From assembly GCA_000708835.1 (NCBI GenBank), contig DF237302.1, forward strand, positions 1 to 64,000: a stretch of DNA of 64,000 nucleotides, in the 5' to 3' direction. Below are positions 38,298-48,100 of this stretch, piece by piece. Position 1 is the first letter of the stretch; each line of letters begins with the position of its first letter. The position numbers and the translations under genes were made by a program. The notes under the pieces are model-generated. The model did not search any database and was not told where the DNA came from. It saw only the letters and a program-made list of their open reading frames with translations. This DNA comes from Klebsormidium nitens. Lineage: Eukaryota; Plantae; Klebsormidiophyceae.

Positions 38298-39270
38298 ACC
38301 TAAATCTAGTCCTTCAGCTCCATGATCAAGAACGCCTCCCAATCGAAGATCATGACCAGAGAGGGACATTTGAAAATTCTTGCCCTCAGGAGAATCTGAT
38401 GCCTACATCCATCTACTTTAATGACGAACATCTGGAATCTGAAAACGTGGTCTCTCGTCGTGCCAACAGGTGGCGACGGAAGGCTGGACAACTTCTGGAT
38501 TAAGGACCCCACCATCCTTTCTTGAAATTCCTAGTCTTTCAGAAATCAAAAAGAAGTAATTGATGCATCTTCGTCAAAGTTTAGGAGGCTGCAGTCATTT
38601 TTCAGCGTAGCTCTCTAAGATCAATTTTGAAAAAAGATTCAGACTGTTTTCAAATATGGCTCCACCTCTGAAAGTACGATAAGCTCGCTCTCGATCAGCC
38701 TGTACAAGACGAGACGCACTCCATGAGTCATGTTGCCTCGATGAACGGCGAGCACTGCATCGTTGTTTTTGGGATGATTCGACATTGGCGCACTCAATGT
38801 TTTATGAAGCATCGCTTAGCATCATGCGGCGATTGAACCAAGATACGACTCGCCAGCGCCAGCTCGTCGCTAACCGGTACCTTTTGCCCGGCCGCTTCGT
38901 GGTCAAAGATATATGAGTGCAATAAGGCATTCCATATGTTATCCTGAACCCCTTCATGACAAAAGTGTTCAAAGGCGCAATAATTGAAGCTGCGGTGGTC
39001 AACAACCCGTGCTCTGAGCTAGGCAACCTTTGGCTGAGGAGCACGTAGGCTGGGTTGCAACGTACGTGCGGAGTCGAATTCCGCTGCTCCAAGAGCTCAC
39101 TACTGCAACAACGATGGTGCAAGACAGCAATTTTAGACCCATTGAGCACCTCAGCAGTAGCAGCGGACTCCGTTCACAAAAGCGGATTGATCCGCCGCCT
39201 TCGACGGACTTCTCCGGAACATTCAAAGTTTTGACACCGAAACCACGCTAAACCCTCGTTCAGAAGGCGC

Positions 39271-39290
39271 GCGGCCGCGACTTGACAGGC
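39271..39290 (+). promoter_or_regulatory. Conserved upstream element of paralog C (GCGGCCGCGACTTGACAGGC)
   Basis: Matches the elements at 28918 and 34093. Confidence 0.6.
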
Positions 39291-39356
39291 GGCGCGCTGG
39301 CCCGCCATGTGTGTGCTAATCTAGCGCTGTGCTTTGCTTCAAGAAGCTTCAATAAG

Positions 39357-42300
39357 ATGGAGACAGAAGCTGGCGGCGTCCCCTTTACAGACACTAGCAC
39401 GACTGGCGAAAAGGATGGCCATCCTGAGAACACCCTCTTGAACATCGTCACAAGCACTGTGGTCGACACCCTCAACGATGGTGGATCTGCGGCCACTTCC
39501 ACCCCCTTATACAGCGTCTCGGTCCTGCAAGAGCTCATTCGCCGGGTAAGAACGTGTCTGGAGATCAGGCGCCGGCAGTCAGCTCATGTTGGAAAAAATC
39601 TCGTTTGAAACTCAGATTTGGAAGTGCGAATGTCAGGCCTTTGCTCGAGACTTGAACTTGTTCAAAATATTTTTACTACGTAAGCTGAAGCCAACGTAAG
39701 CTAATAGCTTTTTCATGCATGAACTTCAAGCCTAAATAGAAACAATAAGCTTATGTTAAGCCCTTGTGTAGACGAGGCAGGCTATGATGTTGTTTTGTTC
39801 AAGATCCTGCACACTGTTGGAGAGCCAATTCGAGAATTGGTCGAGCGGACCGTGACAGAAATCTTCGACGACATAAGCCAAGACTACTACAGGACCAACT
39901 GGAGTAGGACTTCGAAGGGCTTGCACTTCTTAGAGTAACGTCCGGACAAAACCCTGAGGCTCCGATCCATCATTTTCATGGAGATGGGGCCTCACGACCT
40001 TTCACAAAAGCTGCTACAAATCGTATTCAAGGTTCTGTTGTATGGTCACCGCGTGTTTTGGTCAGGACCTACTTGCTTGAGTATCCCCAGAAAATGAGGG
40101 GCCCTGTGGTCATAAGCTAACGTGCCCGACGAACCCACTCTGAGCAAACTGAGAAAATGTGCTAACTGGGCATGTTATTGCAACACCCCTTTCCGCAATG
40201 AAAGGGGTGACAGAAGAACCAATAGCAAAAGGTTAAAAAGGTGACCCTCTAAGTAACAAGAGTCATCAGACTCTTCTGAACAACGTACGTACCGTCGTTT
40301 ACAGGCGACTTGTTCGCTGGGACTCTCGGTACAAGAGCGGAGCTCGGGTTTCTGATCTACCGCCGAACCGCATCATGCTCAGAGCCACTTGGTTCCCGGG
40401 AGTGTCAAGAACTGCTTGCCAATTCTTCTCAGCCCCAGACCAATACGAGATCCACCCAAAAGCCCAGAAAGGTAAAGTCTGCTTGCACAGTGTGTTATGG
40501 TTAAAAGGTGGCCGAAAATCTATCTTTCAACTCGACGTTACGATGATATCGTATAGATGCCGATAGGCCTGTAAAAGACGGCATCTCGGGCTCGTCAAGT
40601 ACTGTTCCTTCGCCTCCGGTGGACAGAGCTTAGACAGGGTTGACTTTGGAGAACAAGAGTCTTGGAAGAGTAGGGAAGCAACTATAGCAAGCCGCCATCA
40701 TCGCAAACATGGGACGCCATGACATTGATTTCAAACATGGGCATAAAATCTAATTAACCCGTTCAAGTTGTAACACTGCTTGAGGAAGCGTTATGGTGCC
40801 CAAAGCCAGGCGCAAGACTCGGGCCGACGATCAAGGAAACGACTTTCTGTTTCTGGTCCGGGCCACCCTCATTTTCTGAAACTGAAGCGACCTTGAGTTA
40901 GGGGTAACATAAGCGGGTTCCAATGAAGGGTCATCCATGGCCAGAAAATTTTCATGAACCTTTGAAGATGCTGGTAAGTTTCTTCGCTGCCTCTTCCTTA
41001 TTTAATGGAGTCAAACGAACGTCACGCGTTCTTTTGTTCCCTGGCTGCAGGTTTTCAACCCGAATTGCACAAAGTTGAGACCGAGAAGCACGACCTTCAG
41101 GCCGAAGCAACAGCACGACTGGAGGCTGTTTTCGGTGACATACTACGGAACGGCCTCGAAAAGCTACAATTTGTAAGCTGTTTCTATTTCTGCTTATCAC
41201 TCGCTTTTTATTGACGTCTTCTTCTATTACAGAAGGCATGGTTCTCAGTCAAAGGCAACCTATATAAGACTTCAATACATGCAACAGATAATTCCCCTCT
41301 GAAAAAGCAAGATTTGGCAGTTTATGTTCGGGACACGGGTTCCTTCAAGGCCTGACACGTACTACAAATCTGGACACGAATGATTTCATGGCTCCGTCGC
41401 AACCTTCCCTGACCAGCGTTTTAGGCTGTGAGCCTGGTTGCACCTGTGCAAACAATGAGTCAAGCATTCGACTCAGATTGTACAGTATCCTTGAATGAGC
41501 GGTCCGTTCTCTATGTTCTGATTTATCTGGACTGGATGATCATTGCAGATCGTCAAGGACAATCCCGGCGCGTGCAAGATGCTCGCTGAATATGAAGGTT
41601 TGATCGGCCGCGACGAGAATGCCCGCAGGTCCTTTTTGGGCGAGTTCGCTGCATCATGCCTACATGGCTCCAGGTAACGCAAGGATTCTGGATTTGTCCT
41701 CTAGCATGTGCTGGCGGCCCTCAAATATGTCCTACTTTGGTGTTAACTCTTCCGAATATCAGTGTGCAACATGTATGTGGCGGGAAGCTTGAATCTTATC
41801 TGACCTCATCATGTGCTCCTCCATCGTTCTCCTTACTGCCAATCATGGATAATAGATCTAAATGGAGAAGCATCTTGTAGAAGCTGCTTCCGTTGAGTGA
41901 TCCCGTCATATAGTAATTCCCAGACGGGAGCTTTAGTGACTTTTCCCAATGTTGTCTCCGCACGCGATCGCTTCCTGGCAAGCAATGAGGTTTGTAGCAT
42001 AGTATGCGTTAATAGTATGCATCACGAGATCAAAGGTTTTTGCAACTCTTCCAACGTCACAACCTTAAATTTACACGTGATTATGTGAGGAATGAGAGTA
42101 CACCTTTGCAGAAACACTTACCCGAAGAAGGAGCAGGACGACCCTCGGCGCTACCTGTCTGTGATAAAGGAGATCGTCGAGAATGATCCGGACTACACCA
42201 AGGTGAGTTACAGACACGGCTTTGTCCGGCTATAATGTCGTTCTAACTATTCTGTAACACGCGCGCCCCACTCGAGGCTTGTTCAACGGATACAGCATGC

Positions 42301-42683
42301 AGGTCAGGATAGGCGGCGTACATTTACCCCGAAGTGACATCATCAGAAGCTCAGAAAACTTATATCCACATTCTAGCAACAAAATGGAGTGGTTGATTGT
42401 ATACTTCTTATTTGCTGGACTGCACACCACAAAGGCTGCCGCTTCCATGACGCTTGCCCCTTTCACTCTGCAGGACACTCCGCACCTGATGCAATTTGGG
42501 CTTTTGGCTTTGGAGGCGCGGCTCGACAAGACGCCCGAAGACCCCCAGGTTTTGTCGGCCCCGGGCGTCCAAAAGATCTTGGAGCTGGAGGATCCGGACT
42601 CGGACAACGAGGAAGAGGCGTCCCAGGATTCGGACGAGCAGGAAGAGAAACAGAAGCGTTCCGGAATCGGTGCTTGCTGGTGA
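39357..42683 (+). CDS. Unknown 7-exon gene family, paralog C, apparently intact, 344 aa
   Basis: Exons 39357-39545, 39804-39934, 40305-40471, 41051-41172, 41549-41673, 42112-42202, 42474-42683. They total 1035 nt in frame. Blocks shared across the paralogs: PLYSVxxxQELI, TNW(x)xTSKGLHxLERL, ACxFxSxPDQY, DILRxG(L/F)xKLQ, TPHLMQFG, an acidic tail and a terminal (C/W)W. Confidence 0.85.
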
Positions 42684-45171
42684 GATCCGGAGATAAAAGT
42701 GATGACGTGCGGCACAGAGAGAAAAATCAAGGAACAGAATTCTCCAAAAACGCACGGATCAGTCAGCTTTAGAATTTGCGGGCTTTGCCAACTGATTTTG
42801 TCACTTCAGGTGCACATGAGCTCCACTCGAATGACGAGAACGTGTACAGATTCGCTTGCAGGCAAAGTCGATGCCTCCATCCGTTTCGTCCCTACTTCAC
42901 GGACATAATTGGAAGTGGAATAACCTGGAAACTGGAAATACGCTGTGCAGGTGGCGGCGACAGAAGGCTGGACGACTTCTGGGTTGACAACCTACCTGCG
43001 CTCTGCTTGGGAATCTGAGAAAAGCAAAGTCGGTTCATTCTTCGTCAAGTAGGGGGCTGCCATAAACTCGTCACCATAGCGTGCTGAGTCGAGAATCGGT
43101 CTGGAAAGAATGTCGGAATGTTGCCAATAAGGGTTGCACTCTTGAACAAGGCTCACCCCCGATCAGCGGGCACAACATAAGACCGACTCTGGTCAGGTCG
43201 AGCACTGCATAATCTCGTTGAGAGAAGAAACAACGAAGTACATCATGAAGCAACGCACAAATAGAACGAGAGGTTAAACCCGAGTTCCTAGCCAGCGCCA
43301 GATTTTCACTAATCCTATTCCATGTTCCGAGGCCGACCCGGTCTTTAATCTAGACTGTACAGGGGATCCCGTCTCAATGCCGCATAAAGGTGCAATGCTA
43401 GACTCCAATCGGACCTCGCCAGTTGGATCCGATCGCCAGCGTCTATGAACGATTCCCGCATGCTCCGAGCTAGTGCATTTAGCACTTGGTACGTAGCCAA
43501 TGCAAATAAGGACGACACAGGCCAATTGGCCAGCTGGGCCAACAAATCACTCAACATCATGCGTAAAGCAAGATATATTAGTCATCGAAACTACTGTAGA
43601 CGAAAGCACGCTACACAAGCTACCTATGGTGGGTACCGGCCGAGTCAATTTTGACTCCGACCGCCACAAAATTGTAATACCGCGTATCGAATTCCGTCAG
43701 TGATACCGGCGGTTCACGTCACGGCAACTCAGGTTTCTGTTACTCGGGCGGTACAAGTACTCAGACAATATTGCTCGGCCGTAAGTCAGTGTTACAGGAG
43801 TGAAAGACAGTGTTATGTTTTACACTTGTGTGTGAGCATCAAACTGGCACACAAAGAAGAGCCTTATGCAGCCCATAGAAAGCTCTGACAAGCAAAGAAA
43901 AATGTTGGGAGAGCACCTTGAGGGTTTGTTTGAAGACCCAACATAAGGAAATGTCGAGGACAAATCGGAATAAGCACCATACAAGCCTCAAAGTCGGCCG
44001 GCATTGCTTGCTCTTGAAATGCGCCTTTTCCTACACTCTTCTTTCAACTTCCTGCACTCCTCTTTCAAGTTAAGTACCGCGGTACCCTCAGGTGGTTCGA
44101 GTCGGAACTTCCGACAAACACCATGAAATTTCAAATTTGCGGACGCGCAGACTTGCGCGGTACTGTACCGCCGAATATACCGGAGTTTACCGTTCGTCGA
44201 CATGTCAGACAATTTCCAATTCATGAACTCGGACCGGATTCTAAAGTACGGCCGAGTACGGTCGTCAGTACCGTGTACATGAAATGTCGCGACGCGTAAC
44301 ACCGGTGAGTCAATTTGGTGACGGTACCGTCGCGCGATTGAGACCGCCGACACCCACCATAGGTAGCTTGTGTATAGCGTTAGTGAGCACCAGACGGTAG
44401 GGCCCGGCCTGACCAGCTATCATACCAAGTATAAAGCTTCACATGACATGGCCCGGCCGCTGCCACGTGGGCCGCGCGCTGCGCCTGTCCGGCCGGCCGC
44501 CATTAATCAATACATGCATTAACATGTGCCAGTGGGACCGCCTCATGAGCCTCATCGAGCATGGTCGTGTGGAAAGGGGGATAGTAAGGCCGGCGAGCCC
44601 CGCTGGGGCCGCCGTATTAAGCATCAGTGGGTGTTCGATGCACATACGGTAGCTAGCAATACATCAAACAAGCTTCATAGCTCGTATAGACGGCGGGCTT
44701 ATGACCGGGCATGAGCTTGAAGGCGGCAGTCATGCGCTGAAAGCGATCAAGCATGACGCCGGGCCGGCGGCATGACAGGGACTGACTGCACGCGTGGCTG
44801 CGCGCCCGCCTGATCGACAGGCCCGCTGGACCTGTCCAATCCCAATCGCGGGCCCCATGAACAAGTGTTCAGATTCGAGGACTGCCGGCCTGGCATCAAC
44901 TTCACAGACCGCAGCTGTTTGCTCTCTGAGAGCGACTTACTGTACTCGGCTTCCCTCTTGCATCTTCCAAGAGGTGCTTGCTCATTGTCGAAACCATTGA
45001 AATGGCTGCTGTATGGCTTGTAACACTACAGTTATTTTTGATTTGACAGTCCTGTCCTCAGACAGACCGGACTGAGGCTATTGGATGCAAGCGAACTTCA
45101 TAAACGCCCGCGATTCGAACTTTTGAAGTGAACAACTGAAGACTATCTAGCGCGCAACACTATATAACGGA

Positions 45172-48100
45172 TCAACTACAGCACGATCGCTTTGGAGGGG
45201 CTTTCGGCCGTTCATCAATGATGAGAGTCCCTTGTCGTCGAGGTACGAGAGTGGACTCGACGGCTTCTGCAGCGGCGGCTGCTCGTCGTTTGCTGACGAG
45301 TGCACCTGAACAACCCGTCAGATCTTTTGGTCCACGTGTCACAGGGACAAACTTGCACATCGTTGACAGTCAGAGTCGGACCAACCTCGATCCTACTCGG
45401 CGTTCTAACCTTCAATGGTTATCGGATTTGGCTTGCAGATGCGGCTCATCTGAAATGTGTACTTGCTGAAAGGATCCCAAGTTGGCACACGATGCTCAGA
45501 TTCAGAACACTATCTTTCATAATCAGAACTAGCATGGGTTCTCACAGCCTCAAAATAAGGGAGACGACTTCAATGTCTCAAAGCATAAGGTCTCAACTTC
45601 GATGGAGGAGGACGCCTGACTCACGCTTTGCAAGATCTTGGAAGACCGCGTCGATGCCTTTATTGAGCTTTGCCGATGTCGTGAAGTGAGAAGCTCCAAT
45701 TGATTCAGCGTACCTGCAGGTAAAGCATGGCGATGAGAACTAAAATGCCTTGCAGCACAAGCGGACTGCCAACAAACAAGGCAACAGAGGCGCCCGTTCG
45801 TCAACGGTCCCGTCCTCATTCATCGTATGTGGACGGATCAAAAGTTCCCGAAGGGCCGCGCAATAGTTCTGCAGTACTCAGGTTTGATCAAATGGACCGT
45901 CTGCTTGCATTCCCAAAATCTACAAAACCTGTGAAAACAGCCATGCGGGAAGGAGAGCTGCCACAGCAAGACAGAAAGCGAACAACATCGTTAAATATAT
46001 ACCAACGGGAGCTTATGCTGGTATGTATGTTGGCTTTTCTGTAGTGAAATCGTCCCTACCATTGTTACATGGAAGCAAATGGGCGGATTCTCGAATAAGC
46101 CAATTGGAGGGCGTGTCACTCCCTGGTCTGGAGACGCGCTCTTCTGCTACCAGTTTCGTTTTGCCCTCGAGCTTCCAGTGCCTTGTTACAGGGTTGAAAA
46201 CGGCAGGGACAAAGGCAAGCCTACAGTTCGATACTGCCTTTGTCCCTGCAAGGCTACAATTCAACTCCCATTGCAAACCCTCTGGAATTCTCGAATCATC
46301 AAATGCTGTGCGTTGACAGGCAGGTCGGGGCCTGAATCAGTATTGTGGCGGCAAGCGGCAGATTACGGAGCTAGGCTACAATCGGGCTTGTTTGGGTGAA
46401 GGGTGGCATCAAGGCGAGGACGTGGCGTCATGCTGTTAGGAGCAGGGGCCTTCATCACTGTGCCAACTGACGATCGAAGAAAGACGTTTCATCGGGTTCT
46501 GATCTACAATTCTAAAGGCAAAAGAGGAAGCACTGAAGGATGGTGGGAGAGTTGCGATCAGATGCCTTAAATGTGTTGCCCGGTCGGCCTTGAAAAAATA
46601 TGGTACGATCTGCCTGATTCTTACATTACGAAGCCTTCCGTATATGAGCGACGCACAGAATGCAAACAACCGAGGGGGACGACAGAACACAAAGATGAGA
46701 ATTTTCACTCTGACACTTGAACAGGGACCACCCTTCGCTGTCAGTCAGGCAGCTCTCCTCTTCGTTGCCGCTGCAACCGACGTACCAATGAGGACAAAGA
46801 CCAATTTTAAGATCCCGTCAGGACGACCAAGGCAATGTTCAGACTTAAAGGCCAGAGGCCGGATCGGATAAATATTTCAAACTACGAAGTTCACAACACA
46901 TCTGCCTGAAACAATACAGCAACCATCGAGACTGAAAACTTTGTGTGCACTGAAAACTGGAACAAATCTCCTACGCTGCTAGCCGCCAATGTAAGGCTCT
47001 TGCGACTGGATCAAAAGCGGAACAAAAGTGGGTGTAGACTTTGCTCGTCATTGGTCTCAATGCAGCCAATGGAGCTTTGGGCTCACAAGCCCAGGCCCTT
47101 GAACCATTAAAGCTGCTCAAGGAAACAAACGCAGAAGGAACGGAAAGAACGCTCTACCGTTCAGTGCATGACGAAAGCTGAAAGACCCAACTCCTGTCCG
47201 TAAATTTTCTTCGAAGCCAATCGAAAAAACAAGCGGCTGCAACAAACCGACGAAAATAGCGCGCAGCCCTCTGCAGAACACTGAAGGGAGCAACCCGGGT
47301 GATCGACTGAGCGCACCAGTACTTTGAGACAAGCCGCTCGCTTCACTCCAATACCTTTAGTGCCAATGATTGTCAGTAACGACTTTATGCATCAGACGTC
47401 AGCAAGCATACAGCTGACACCTGCGCGCGCTTAAGGCAGAGGACCGCCAGAACTCGTTGCGCGAGTGATGTTTTCAAAGTAGTCCTGTAAGAGTTACGAG
47501 GGGTTGCTTTCAGGGGCAACGGAACGACGCACTTAGGGCGCCAGACGTTCGCTCAACATATCAGGCACGGTGGAAAGAAGACCTGTACACTTCGTGTAGG
47601 CCTCACGGATTGACTTCGTTGAAAAGCATAACGTGGAAACCACGAATCGAGTTGGGTTCCAGGGCATAGCCTCGGCAGTCGGGGCATTCTGCGTGTGCTC
47701 TGGAATGGGCGTCAAACCGAATTGACAATATGCCTGAGGAGTAGAGTATCACCCCTCAGTAATCGCAGTCTTCACTGCCGTCCTGTGCCGCTCGAATTTA
47801 GGGACACAAAAGGACAGCAGGCTCGTGCAAACAGTCTTGTATCTCGTCAAGAAAGTGGTCACGGTCCCGACCCGACGACCCCGGAAGCATAACAACTTCG
47901 CTCAGAGTAACAATCAAGGTGCGGTGCTATTCTTGTTAGCGTAACCTCTGAAGGCATAAACCTTATCCTGGGCAGGCAAGTGAAGGAGCAGGCGAACGCA
48001 CACTTTGTCGTAGCCAGACTCATGAGGGGAATATCAAGTTTTACATTCGCTTTGGAGGTGAAGTTGCGATGCTGTTTCAGGCTTCTTGGAAGAGATGCCC

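Noticed and set aside
43988-44353. ORF with LKEECRKLKEECRKRRI resembling a SAP domain
   Set aside because: The likeness comes from a 21-bp tandem duplication. There is no ATG start, and the second SAP helix is absent.
46080-46305. Box C-like TGATGA (minus strand) suggesting an intronic snoRNA, and TTCnnGAA heat-shock-like units
   Set aside because: No box D (CTGA) at a suitable distance, and only two HSE units per site.
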